From positions 21,638,001 through 21,702,000 of the forward strand of contig OZ316775.1 of the NCBI GenBank assembly GCA_973851085.1: a DNA stretch of 64,000 bases. The letters run 5' to 3'. Positions 13,621 to 26,742 of this stretch are shown here, piece after piece. How positions within the stretch are numbered: the first letter of the stretch is position 1; the number at the start of each line of letters is the position of its first letter. Both the position numbers and the translations under genes were made by a program. The notes under the pieces were generated by a model. The model saw only the letters and a list, made by a program, of their open reading frames with translations, was not told where the DNA came from and did not search any database. The stretch comes from Ptychomitrium polyphyllum. Lineage: Eukaryota.

Positions 13621-15698
13621 ATGGATTTCTTTGTTGCTCCAACATTATGCAGAATACTTTTGTTGTTGTGTGTTGCCATTGTAAGCTCAGTGGGCATAGA
13701 CGACCTTCGGTACGCCAGCCAGCGTAATCTTGATGTACGGAAATCTATTCCTCGAGATCAGCTGGATCGTGAATCTTGTTTAGTTTTCTTCCAGAATGTA
13801 ATGACTTAACTTGTGTGTTTCTGTTGGTTGGTTGCAGTGGCCAGGCCATGGAGGACCCGTCGTCTCGAATCACCGAGAAGCGTTCCGGGAGCGGAAGATC
13901 AACCCGAAGTCAGTGCGAAACTTTGGAAAGAAGTGGGAGCACATCACTGGGGCGGACGTCACGGCGACGCCTGCCGTGTCCAAAGGGGTGGTGTACTTCC
14001 CCAGCTACAACGGCAACCTGCACGCCGTGAGTGCTAAAACAGGGAAGCAGGTGTGGGTAAAGAATTTAACGCAACTCACAGTCGGAATTTCGGAGATCGA
14101 GGGCAAGGACTTCGTTGCGAAACTATTCAATCTCACCTTGTACTCTCGCTCCACGCCGGTTGTCGTTGGAGGGCTGCTGCTAATTGGGTTGTCCAGCCCC
14201 GCTGAGGTCATTGCTGTGAAAAAGTCCTCGGGCGCTCTAGTTTGGAGCTCACTCTTGGACGGGCACCCATATGCCGTTGTTACCATCAGCGGAACAGCAT
14301 TCGAGGGGTATGTGCTCTACTTAAGTTGATCTCAAATCCGTCATGTTCCAAGTGAGGGAGATGATGAATTGTGTGGGAATTCTGTGCAGGTCCTACTACG
14401 TCGGCACAAGCTCTCTGGAAGAAACTCGTCAGGTGGACTGCTGCACATTCCAGGGCGCATTCTTCAGGCTGGAGCTCGCGACGGGAAAGATTCTGTGGAA
14501 AGTGAGCATGGCGCCTGACAACGGCGGCAAGGTGGGATTGTATGCCGGGAATGCGGTGTGGGCGAGCAGCCCACCGATCGACACCACCCGGAAGCTGGTT
14601 TATGTCGCTACGGGAAACTCCTACTCCACCCCACCGGAGGTGACGGAGTGCCGGCTGCGCAACCCAGTGAATGTCACCAATCCTTCTTTGGAGGATCCGT
14701 GCGTGGCGAAGGACAACTACATGGACGCCATCGTCGCCATTCACCTGGACACGGGCAAGGTCACGTGGGCGAAATCTCTCGGCGCGTCTGATGTGTTCGT
14801 GTTTGCTTGCCTCGGTGACCCTAAGAGCCCTAACTGTCCAGCGAGCCCTGGACAGGACTACGACTTCGGCGAGTCGCCCATGTTGATGACGATCCACACT
14901 GAGGATGCTCTCAGCCGCGACATTGTAGTGGTGGGGCAGAAGAGTGGGTTCATCTGGGCAATCGATCGCGGCAGCGGTGACCAAGTCTGGGTTACGGTAC
15001 TTGTTGAATGAGCCCTGGCGCTTCTCTTAGAGATTTGATTGATTTTTCGTGGTTGAGATCGATTTGGATATAGGAGATTGATCGCGTTCTGTTGTGTTGT
15101 AATCACTTGCAGGTTGCGGGACCAGGAGGAAATTTAGGAGGAAGCTCATGGGGGATGACAACGGACGGCAAGAGGGTGTTCACGAACATCATTAATAATG
15201 GCGGGGCGGAGTTTAAGCTGCTACCATCAACGGAAGTCGTGCGACGCGGAGGATGGGTTGCCATGGACGCTGCGACAGGACACATCTTGTGGTCCACTGC
15301 GAACCCTGACAATTTCACGACCAATCCACCGGTAAAGCCAATTTGATCATCTCCTGAGCCTTCCTGCACTATGGACCTGAGTTTTCTGTACAAAAGTCTA
15401 ATATAGGGAACGATTTCTGTTGCAGTTGACGCATGCGAATGGGGTGGTTTTCGGAGGATCGAATGGCGGTGCTCCCTACACGCTGCAACCAGGGAGGGTG
15501 GTGGCGCTGGATGCCAAAACAGGGGATATCTTGTGGACACACGCAATGCCGGGTCCCATGGCAGGAGGAGTTTCGGTAGTCGACGGCGTTGCGTATGTAG
15601 GGTCAGGCACCAATCTCGCGTTTCTCACGCTCCTGGGAATGAGAACATCGCCATTCAGAGGGAAGTCGGTGCTTGCATTCTCAGCAGATTACTATTAG
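13621..15698 (+). CDS. Secreted PQQ-like beta-propeller protein (polyvinyl-alcohol-dehydrogenase-like); exons ~13621-13680, 13838-14307, 14390-14996, 15113-15331, 15426-15698
   Basis: Repeated Trp-docking motifs (AKTGKQVW, ELATGKILW, LDTGKVTW, AATGHILW, AKTGDILW), plus GTSSLEE, AVWASSPPID, DYDFGESP and GQKSG. GT-AG introns in phase. Exon 1 (hydrophobic signal-like, donor GTAAGC) is less certain. Confidence 0.88.
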
Positions 15699-16165
15699 GG
15701 CTCTCCCCTCTTTGTTGGAAATTTTGTTTGCATCAAATTTTCCACTGGTGAGACTCATGACTACAATTTTCAGAATATTGTACACTGGAAGGTGGAAAAG
15801 TGTATCGGTTTACATCTTTTTCGTGCAAGTCTATGGATCCTTCGAATACATGCATAATGCATCTCTCAGTGCTATACTGGTGACCTTGGTGCTACGGATC
15901 AAGGTTTTGTTCTCGTGACCGGGAATTTTACATTCTTCATTTATACGTCCCTGCGAACTAGTAGAGCTGTTGCTGGCCTGTGCATCAAAACACCTATGAA
16001 CCATTGAATGAACCCAGTCAAACTTAGGCCCGCTTTCCACTTGAGCCAAGCGCCAAACAAACATGGTGGCTGATTTAACGAGACTTTGAGTAGAGAGCTA
16101 GAGCAAGTTGGAATATATTTACATTAAAGACCTCGGGCCATTTCTCCCATGTGGAAAGGCCTTGA

Positions 16166-16220
16166 GGCCTAGAAGCTGAGGCCCAAGTACAAATGGCCTC
16201 AGCTTCTAGGCCATTTGTAC
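16166..16220. repeat. Overlapping perfect inverted repeats (18 bp and 13 bp)
   Basis: GGCCTAGAAGCTGAGGCC 16166-16183 pairs with 16195-16212. GTACAAATGGCCT 16187-16199 pairs with 16208-16220. Confidence 0.85.
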
Positions 16221-16699
16221 AATTTCAGCTAATCATCCTGTTTTTTGGCGAAGGTGTCGAACATAACCATAAGGTGTTGGTTACCCTAGTATTCTTTATG
16301 GCCATACGCCATATTTATGGATTTTCTTGCAGTCTTAGTGCAGGAAAGGCTTTCATTCAGCTATCTGCAAGGTTTCGTTGACAGATCTTGGAGACTTTGG
16401 TTGGGTTGGCTGTTGTTACGGTTGACATTATTTCGAAACTCTGGTATTGGTAAAAGAATTATGAATGGTGAACTAAACTCTATAAACGCATTGGGATCGT
16501 TGCTTGCCTGATATAACCATGGTCGTATTTGCCATTTAAGGGTGAACAGATCAAATCCTGAGCGTTATGGCTTACTAGAATTATACAGTCATCCACTCGT
16601 ATGGAAGTTGAAAGAGCTTTGAATGTTTTTTAAGGGCATTGGAAAATTTTAGAGATCATTTTAAAGAAAAGTGACGTTGGTTATCCCAAGTAACCTATT

Positions 16700-19320
16700 A
16701 TCTAAACCAATCGCAACCTGCCAGAACATCACGAATTGGCTACGGGTACACTATGGTGAAGGACTTGGGTCGTGGGGCGGATTCTCTCAACCTGGGAGTT
16801 GATTTTCCACCAGTTCGCAACGTTCGAAAACTCATCGATGGGCTCCGCTGGGGTGAGCGAGTTCAGAAGCTTTCTGGTGACGGTTTTATATGTGGGTTCC
16901 TGAGGTCGATGGGTTTGTATGCACCACCAATCCACTGTAGTACACAGCGAACTGAGAGTGATTTGGATGTAATCCTCTCTGAGAAATGTGCTAATTTGCA
17001 TTACACCGGGGATTAGTTTCCCTCAGCGGAAAAGGTGCGTGCTGTGAATATAGTGAAAATTCAAATATGCCATCGCGGAAGTTCGTAAGCATCTCCAAGC
17101 CCAACTTCTTGAACAGAGAGTAAAGATCACTCAAGAGCGACCAGTTGAATCTCAGCCAACCAGATAGCTCTGAAGCTTTTGAAAAAGTAACAGCAAGTGG
17201 TCCTGTATGTACATGTAGACAGGCAGGATTCAAAAGTTTTGTGGTGTTGTTCGCTTCCCATCCGACCTCGTCAATTGTTGAGCAGTCCGACCGCGACTTG
17301 TAAATACATGTAGACAAGCAGCGATATAGGGACTGCAATCTTTCTACAATTGCTTGCGAAGGTGCGAAAAGTTTAGAGTTACTATGAAAATGGGTTGACT
17401 ACGTGATGCACTTACAAAGCACAAGCAGAGAAGCAACAAGCACTAAAGCAAGAGACACATATAAATGATTTTGCAAAATTTCCCAGATTTCAACAATTTT
17501 ATCATCCTTCACTTCAAGAAAATGTGTAGATGGTACACGGCTCAGAACATGCTTTTATGTACTGTTCATGAACAATACATGTACCATCCTGAGAGATTTC
17601 TTCTTGTGCTTATTCCTCAAATCTTAATCCATATATATCTTCTAGGTTGTGGGTTTTGCTGTATATCGACAGCGTGAGGAAAAACTTGAGTTTCCCCTGG
17701 GAAGAAAGTGATCACCAAGGGGATTTGGTCACAATCTGAAATTGTATAGAGAGAATTTGAAATCCCTGTGTCATCTTCTCACGTCCGGTATATCTTGTGG
17801 GCTGACCGTGCACGGTTACATTCCAGACATGTCCAGCAAAGTAAGGAGTATCGCGGTCACAACCGTCGATTTGATGCACCTCATTGTGTGATCTAATATC
17901 TAATAGAATATCGCCATTAATGAACTTGCAGCTGTAAGAACTGAAACGCGGTGAGGAAGTCCGACTAGTTAGAATCGTCATATTATACACTGGTGATCCA
18001 GAATTGATGCTCTTTGAAGTTCAACGCAGAATTTGAATCATATTTTCTCAGGAAGCTTCATGCTGGTCGATTAATAGCACCGGACTTATCAGTACCCAAA
18101 CATTCAAATTTGAGAGAAAATGAGAAATCTGCGATCAAGAATATTGAGCTGGTGTGTTTCGTAGCAGTTTTTTGCCGACAGCCATAATCAAGGCTACACC
18201 AGAGCTCTACACATCTCTGCAGCTCTTCAAATGGTCTAAGCTTCACCATCCCGTCATCAAAGTTGGGACATCGATTTCAGTTAATGCGGGTGACGCACTA
18301 CATCCGTTGATCATCTAATTACAATATTATATTTCAACAACATCCTACACTGTCGCGAAAAGAACTACCATTTGACGAGCACATTACAAAACGGATTTTC
18401 ATCAAAGAGAATCAATTCCTTCCTTTGGTCCTTGATGAATGGGTTGAGGAAAATCAAGCGGATGTTACAGAACTGCGCAAATGTGGACTCAAATGAAAAC
18501 TGATGGTTCAGAGATGGTCGATTGAAGAGAAGCACAGGCATATTTTTGGTCCAAGACCCACTCGATAATTCGCAATGCAGGTCCATTTGTCAACTCACTT
18601 AAGAAAGCAAATGCTTAATACTGTTAAGCAATCACATGCTCAATCGAGTAATATTCCATGTGCACTTAAACTTTGGGCAACTCGGGAGTGTGGCAGGTCC
18701 ATGTGACAACTTAGCCGGGCAGCTGAAAGCTGCAAGTGAGCAACATTGCTGCATTGCCAATTTGCCACGATACAAGCCCTCTGCTACACCAAGTCAATGA
18801 CCTTCCCGACATGAAATAGTCTTCACCTCGATCTGCACGGCGGAACAAACTTCAAAACTCAACACCAAATGGTCGAATAATGACCAGGGACATGACAAAC
18901 CCAGCACATCTGCAAGGTGATGAGGTGCAGACTTGTTGGGCAGGACTGCACCGTTACCTATGAGCGAGTATCTTTGCAAATGTACTCTGTCGTCACGGGA
19001 TGATGTTAATGCTTCCATTTCTGGAGATAGCATCATAGCACCTGCACATCCGATGAAGCTGAACCGGGAATCATTAGGTGCCCTCTAGACTCGTCCAGCA
19101 AAATCCCAGAGGACATGGATAGATCCTAACTGTCAGGCGTTCAATCGGTACTACGTGTCCACATTCAGCACTTAACTCGTCCATGAAAGCCTGGTCCCAC
19201 TTCATCACATTCTTCAGCGACCCTCTGAACTTGAAAATTTTGACTAAATAAGTTCCTGAAAGTTTCTGAATATGGGGATACTCTCTTTTCCCATGAGCAA
19301 CAAGAGAAGCCATAAAGTAG
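16700..19320 (+). pseudogene. Possible decayed coding sequence of unrecognised family
   Basis: GC-richer island with stop-broken protein-like stretches on + (e.g. KYAIAEVRKHLQAQLLEQRVK, NQFLPLVLDEWVEENQADVTELRK). No motif recognised. Confidence 0.25.
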
Positions 19321-20403
19321 TCCTAAAGAATTCAAGAGTTTGTGTGCTAAGTTATCAAACTACACTTCTGTTTTCATTTATTTATTGCCACATATCTTCA
19401 CTATCATTTATTATTGTCGTTGGTTTCCCACTTTACAAGGGAAGTGTCTGACGCTTCAACTCTTAAAGAACACAATGAAAGATGTTGAATGAATGTTGTA
19501 AAATGTTACATCATTGTGGTTATACAACCTATATAAGTGCAATATGTATAATGTGCGCTTAGAAAGCTTTGCTTATACTTTGCAATGAGCTTAGGCCAAG
19601 GATAAAACAATGGAGTTGTGTTTTTAAGTCCAACCTTATAATTCATTCCACATCCTTTTCATGGATCCTTTTAATTTATCATCCCATTCATATATTTCAT
19701 CCACTAAATTCATCCAAAAGTGCAATTATTCCTTTCCTAATCATTCATAGTTCATCATTTATCTTGTCTAAAATTCATAAATCAAAGCTTGATAAACAAT
19801 GCTTAATTCATCTACATATAAAACCTAAATAAGCTATGGCATCATCTGTTTTTTCATTCAACTAAGTACTACAATTGTTTTAGAACTCCAAATCAAGTGA
19901 ACTTAGTTTTTTCAAAAAGGCAACGTCAAATTGCACACCATTTTAAATAATCAGCTCTAAAATCAAAGCCTTAAAAAATATATGAAGCTCTAAGTGAACA
20001 TATAATATTTTATGCCATACTAAGTGATGAAGTGAGAGAGAAAATTTGGCTATCCAAGTGCACAAAGATCATAGGTGGCAGGCACATGTCTTTAAAAATC
20101 ACAAATTTCTAATCAAGATTTAGAATTCAAAATAAACCTAAGATTTAATCCAATTTCAAAACTGGATTTGAGCATAATTCAAAAATGGATGGCTCTTTGG
20201 CAACATTAATACTACTAATATGTTCAAAATAAATTTTTATTTCAAAATTAATTATTCACACATCAAATTCTAAATTCTAAAACTTTCAAATCAACTAATT
20301 TGCAATTTTGATCTTTTTGTTCAATTTATGTAATCTTAATAAATCTACTATAAGGAACTAGATTAAGGCACTTTCTACTAGGTCATAACCAACTATTTAT
20401 ATA

Positions 20404-20461
20404 ATTAAATAGATTGTGATATAGGAAAATTGAACTTTTCCTATATTACAATCTATTTAAT
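20404..20461. repeat. 26-bp inverted repeat with 6-nt loop
   Basis: ATTAAATAGATTGTGATATAGGAAAA / TTTTCCTATATTACAATCTATTTAAT, one G-T mismatch. Confidence 0.85.
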
Positions 20462-23431
20462 AGCCTTAAAAATTTTAAGTACAAATTTGCTCCAAATTCA
20501 CAGACCTTTAATTTTTTCTTTCTTCTTTTTTAATAATGTGATTAAAATCACAATTTGGAAGAACAAATTCTACTCCAAAAGGTAGATATTCCTTCATCTT
20601 TTATAATTGTTATAAATTAACACAGTGATTATTTAATTTTTCAATGTAGTTTTAGGTCCATCCAAATTAAGTTTAATAAGGAGTAGTAAGAAGTTAGAAC
20701 TAGAAGTGGTTTCCAACTATGATCTTAATAGACATCAACTTTAAAATTAAAATTTTAATACATGAATTAATCCAAGATGTATTTTTTAGAAACTAAAGGA
20801 TTTTTATCAATCCTATCCAATTATGAATTTACATAATAGTTACCAATTAATGGAATTGGATTGGATTGGAATGTAATCAATCAATGGAATTGTTGGTAAC
20901 CTTCAGAGTTGGCAACCTTCACTACTATTTTTTTAGCAAATCGTAAATTGCCACAATATCACCATTTCTTGGATTTAGGCTAATTCTGACCTTCTAAATG
21001 AAATAGTGAAGTTAGCTTTTGAAGATTCAATCAAATTTAATGAATTTATTAAAAAAACTCTAATTCAGAAGAAATGATAAATTCTTTTTTGGAATTCTTT
21101 TATCTGTTATCAACTTATCTTACTCAAATATAAGATGATTATTTTTCTACACCTTCAACCAAAAATCACAAATGCAAAAATTTCCTTTCATGATTAAAAT
21201 TTATGTGCATTCTATTTGCTTTTGTTTTAAAGAGAAAACTAAAGCATTCAAGAGTCTCAAGTATAATCTGCAAATTTCAATGTGTCATGATGTAATGTAT
21301 ATCACATCAGATTTTCCAAACGCGATTATAATACAAAAGGGCTTTTTTAAGCAGTACAAATTTATTACAGTAATTGGAGTTTTCAAAAATAAACTACAGT
21401 CTCATATTTAGAAAGTTTGAATTTGCCTATGGCTAAAACATGGAAAAAAATTGGACGGTATTTCCAAAATTAGACATAAGAGCAAAGATATTCAAACTAT
21501 TTATGTTGTAGGAATTTTCATACATGATTGGTAAAATATATTGTCTTGTATAAAAAATGTACTGTATTTTTAATCATTTAATGTAGATGGAACTGTCAGT
21601 AAAAAGCAGTGTATTGCCCTTTCTTGTGGATGCCTTGTAGTTGAGCCATATTTTCCACACTGCACTTTGACTTAGTTCTCAGGATCTACAAAGCTCATAA
21701 TTATATTACAAAACTGATTCAATAGAGGTGAGGTTGACTTTGGGTGTTAAAGAACTGCATATAAGCAGTGTGCATTCAGTTGAGGCATATAGGTTTCTAA
21801 TTCAAGTACACAACTTATTTCCTGGTAATCAAACAAAGTGCATAGAGTTCCATAGAATTTAAGATGGGAATTACTGCACTCACATTGGTCTTATTGAAAC
21901 TTGGTACTGCTCGATGCAGATCGGATTCTTTTTCCTAGTGCCGTGGGAGTATTGCTTGTTTAGAACTTATGATAAAGCATTGTAGGATTGTAGGATTGTA
22001 GGAAGGGGCGATTCTGGAGGAGAAAGTATAGTTTTTGGTATCAAACCAGCACTATATCATTATGTGTTCAAATATGAAAGCAGAAACCCGCTCTTTGTAA
22101 TGGAGATGCAATTGAACTTCACATTTGTAGTGGCGGCAATGTCCCTTGAACCGCCATTCCAGTGCCATCTTGGTTTGTGTTTCAATCCCATTCTTTTTCC
22201 TTTCATTTGATATTTGCAGCGGTGCATTCGATGAAAGTTTTGCTTCTTTGTCTTTGTATGATTTTGAAATGTTCAATATAAGTCTTGTGAATCATGTGTT
22301 TTATATTATTACATTTTAACGTCATGATTTTAAAGTGGCCAATCTCCCTATTTGCAATTTTGGAAGTGAAAACTTAGAATTTGTTTTTTATATCTCATTG
22401 CCTATGTCATTTATAGATTTTTCTCAACTTTGGATTGCCCAATTTCTTGATTAGTGATTTTGGAGGTAGGAACCTAGAATATATTTTTTCAATTATTATA
22501 GCTTTATCATTAGCAAGTTTTTTTTATTAAAGCATCTTGTTGATCAAGGTTTGGAATATAATTGAATTGATCTTAAATTTGGCCTAGCATCTATTGTTGA
22601 TTTTTGCATTAAGCATTGGTGATTTGGAGACAAAGGAAGTTGCTTCTAGACAACAAGAGCAAATACCATTGAATAGTAAATATTATTGAATAACAACTTG
22701 TCTAAAAAATAAAGAAAAGGTCCTATTGAAGAATGTAGTTGGACATGCACTTAAAACGGTGTTGTAGAACATGTGTGTTTTTTGAAATGAGTGCAAGAAT
22801 TGGTCAATGGAAGAATCCACATTGAAGAAGTGGTTTTCAAAAGCATTGTCCAAACTTATAATTTGTAACTGTGGTAGGGAGAAGCACATGAGTTTAAATA
22901 CTCGAGATGATTTTAGCACTTCTTTTTCAATTAACTTCTAAACAAATGCCTTTATATGAATAATGCTTTAAGCTAGAAATATTTATAATAATACCAAATT
23001 ATTGGGCTCTATCTTAGTTATTTTGCACATTTTAAGCATAAACTCTTAACATGTGCATTTCAAAGATGATCCAATCTTTAAAGATTCAATAGATTTGCAA
23101 GGCTATAATTCTAAAGGTAAGTTCAAGAACAATTTGATTGACAAAGAGCTAGACAAGGAGGACTTTGAACACATTGAGTTGAAAAGATCATCATGTGCTA
23201 GAGTTTGCTTTAAAAAAAAAATTAATTAATTTAAAGAAAACTTATGAACTAACTTATTAGTTAAATTGAATGAAAAACAAAAGATCTATGGAAGTAGAAG
23301 ATTTTCATTAAAGTTAGTTGTTGATTGGAGAAATGGTTCGATTTTGTAGACTTGCCAAGTCTCCAAATATGAAGGATTTCTTTTTATAGAACACCTTTGA
23401 ATTTACTATATAGCACTTTTGAATCTACTAT

Positions 23432-24575
23432 TGTTGCGCACCTCTCTTTCAGGAGTGCCCGCAACACTAAGAGCACAAAAAAAACCCCGGAGTGACGTCC
23501 AGGACTTTTGGCGTTGATAGTGAGGGGCACCAAGTGGGCCCAATATGGGAAGGACCCCGAGGGGGAGATATATCCTTGCCCATGTACACCAAGGGCCACG
23601 AGGGAGAAATCGTGGGCATTGGAGGACTCACGAAGAGCTGAGTCTAGAATGCTAAAGATTGCTCAAATCGGACAAGGGAGCTAAAAGGAATGGCATCCCA
23701 AAGTTGGGGTTGCCAAAGGGCTGTTCTGGACTGTGGTGGTCCTAGACAGCGACTGTACTGGACTGGGATAGTGCAGGGAGGGACTCCCCGGGAGTTCTGA
23801 ACCTTGGGAGAGGCATATCTTCCAGAATACTAAGTTAAATTGGACATTTGAGGAGTCTATTGGCATTTGCGCAAAGTGTAGATGACGATAGAATGGTTGC
23901 TTGATAGATTCGGATACCAAACGTGGAAGATATGGCTCCTTGAAGGTCCGTAGGAAGTCCTGGAGGATTCTAGCGGCTAAATCCCAAGGGAGATCGGGTG
24001 GTCTTCCAAAGTTTTGGGTGTGTTGGAGTTTAGCCAGCTACAGAGGGCCAGGGGGCCTACCAATTCCCACAGAGAGTACTATAGACGAGGGCTGGTTTCC
24101 CTCTCCATTCCTCTAGTGTTCTGGTAGGAACCAAAGGTGAGTCCCGGATGGTGGAGCTAGTGTTGGGACTTCACCACGGGGACTCCCACACCATTGTGAG
24201 CCGGTGGTTGACCAGTTTCACGAAAGAAACTAATAAGTTCAAAAGAGCACGCTTGTTACCACTAAGTTAGGGTGGTGTCTTCACACCGGCACCATGATGG
24301 CCGGGGTGATCTTAGGATTGTATGGGGATCATAAGTGCCGATGAAGAGACACCACCAAGTGCGGTTAAGCCGTGTAAAATGGGAGTAACACCAAGTGAGG
24401 CCTTGGACATGAATGGAAGTCCGCACCTAACCATTGGCTACCAATCAATTGGGTGTCCTAAAAAAAATAGTAGACGAACTTGGAGAGTGAAAATGGAAGT
24501 TAACCATGTGCATGTGGGGATGTACAGGGTTGACGCGCGTGACGTTTGCTAAGGTGTATTACAAAAGTTGCAACA
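23432..24575 (-). mobile_element. Solo LTR-like element (family B), left copy of a head-to-head pair
   Basis: TGTTGCG...TTGCAACA termini; reverse-complement homolog of 24581-25854; no coding capacity. Strand assignment is tentative. Confidence 0.8.
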
Positions 24576-24580
24576 ATAGT

Positions 24581-25854
24581 TGTCGCAACCCTTGTAATGC
24601 ACCTTAACAAACGTCACGCGCGGCAATCTTGTACACCATCACATGTATTGGAGATTAGAGTTGCTCGTAGTATTTACGGTGGTATAAATAGTATTGTATT
24701 GTAGTAGATATAGAAGGAGAGAAAATGGGGAGAAAAAGGGGAGAGGTGAAAGCCATTTAAGAGGTATATATATAGTACACCGTCAACGTGGTAGGACCAT
24801 CGCACATGTCTTGCATGGGAAGGCAAGGACAAGTGGGTGTATAAATTGGCATAAAGGAACTTACAAGTGGCTTTGGAAAGCTACTTGCAAGATACTTGCA
24901 AAGGACCTTAAAAGGTGCTTGAGACGTCACTACGTGGTAGTATAAGTAAAGGCCTTTGAGAGAAGGCAAAATCTCACTCCAAGCATTGTTTGTACTATTT
25001 TGTGTGGTTCTATGCTTGTGCAATCTTCTTCTTTACTTCTAGTGACTTCAATAACATGCACATGGTAAACCCGCTTTTTTACTTTCTGATTTCGAGGCTT
25101 GGTTTCCGATTCCTCCTACTATTTCACTTAGGACATCCAATTGATTAATAGCCAATGATTAGGTGCAAACTTTCATTCATGTCCAAGGCTTCACTTGGTG
25201 TTACTCTCATTCCTCATGGCGTAACCGCACTTAGTGGTATCTCTTCACCACCACACATGATTCCCATGTGATCATAAGATCACCCCGGATCACCCTAGTT
25301 CCGGCGTGAAGACACCATTTCAATCTAGTGGTAACAAGCGTACCCTTTTGATCTCACTAGTACCTTTCGTGAAATAAATCATCCATCAATTCACAATAGT
25401 GTGGAAGTCTCCGTAGTGAAGTCCCGACACTAGCTTCACCAATCGGGACTCACCTTTGATTTTTATCGGAACACTAGGGGAGTAGGGAGGGTGATCAGCC
25501 CTCCCCTATAGTACTCTCTGTGGGATTCGACAAACCCCCTAGCCCTCTGTAGCTGGCTGAATTCCAACACACCAAAAACTTTAGAAGACCACCCGATTTC
25601 CCTTGGGACTTTCTCCAATTTGAGTAATATTTAACATTCTAAAATCAACTCGTTGTGAGTCCTCCAATGCCTACAATTTCTCCCTTGTGGCCCTCAGTCT
25701 ACATGGATAAGTATATCTCTCACCCTCGGAGTTCCTCCTACTCTAGGCCCACTCGGTGCCCCTCACTATCAGCGCCATAAGTCCCAGTCGTCATTCCGGG
25801 ATCTCCCTTGTACCTTTAATGTTGCGAGCATTCCTAAGAGAGTGGTCCGCAATA
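24581..25854 (+). mobile_element. Solo LTR-like element (family B), right copy
   Basis: Starts TGTCGCAACCC, ends GTCCGCAATA (eroded CA). Collinear in inverse with 23432-24575 apart from two large indels. Confidence 0.8.
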
Positions 25855-26391
25855 ATTATATAATACCTTTGAGTCTATTATATAGTTATATAACTATATA
25901 ACTTAGATTAACTACCGCATTCAGATTCTAAGATGGTATTTAAGAGCCTAAGGCCTTTTTGGGTTTTTTTTTTTTTTGGCTTTTATCTTGTTTTTTCCTT
26001 CTTAAATTAAGAGTAGGAGATACAAAAGTTAAACTTGAAATAAAGATACTAGTCTTGTTATAATGGAGGTGATTTAATGAAACATACTCTTTCTCTTATT
26101 TTTAAGTTGTATATAAATTGTAAACGAATCTAATACTCAAGACTAGTTTATAATGCCCATTTCAGGAATCCATGTCCTTGAAGGTTATTTCTTATTGAAA
26201 ATCAGTGTTGTTACTTTGTATCTTGTCTTGGACTCCTCATGTTATTGCATATCTTACTTTCATTTTTGTTTGGATCTTTTTTTGTTTCCTAGTTCATTTA
26301 CAATGACTAATTCTAAATAATTTTGAATCAAGTATCAAAATATTTGTTGTTGTTGCTACTTTACTATGAGGAACTTCTAATTTCAAGTCAT

Positions 26392-26742
26392 TCAAGATAT
26401 CAGAGTATTTTGGAGGAGACATGTGTTCCAATTTGCTACGTGGATTAGGTTTGGTGGCATGAATGTGAACAGTTCTTTATTGTTGTTGCCAAATAGTAAC
26501 TTCAGAGAAAGAATCTTCCATAATCTGTTTCCAAGCTTATCTTCCTTAATCAATGATGCCCAGCCAAATCTTAACTTACTACACCATTGATCCACGTGCC
26601 AAATGATACTATCATACCCAGCTTCATTCCATTTAATCCAAATGTTCCAATTTACTGCACCTCTGAGCAGGAGCCATACTTGACTCACTTCCTTGAATCT
26701 TCTTGGGATCCTATGAGCAAAGATGCTATGTTTACAAGTCAA
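26392..26742 (-). mobile_element. LINE (L1/Tx1-like) ORF2 C-terminal remnant
   Basis: HSIFAHRIPRRF..VWLLLRGAVNWNIWIKWN resembles the W-x-I-W-x-x-R-N tail of plant L1 ORF2. Confidence 0.55.
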
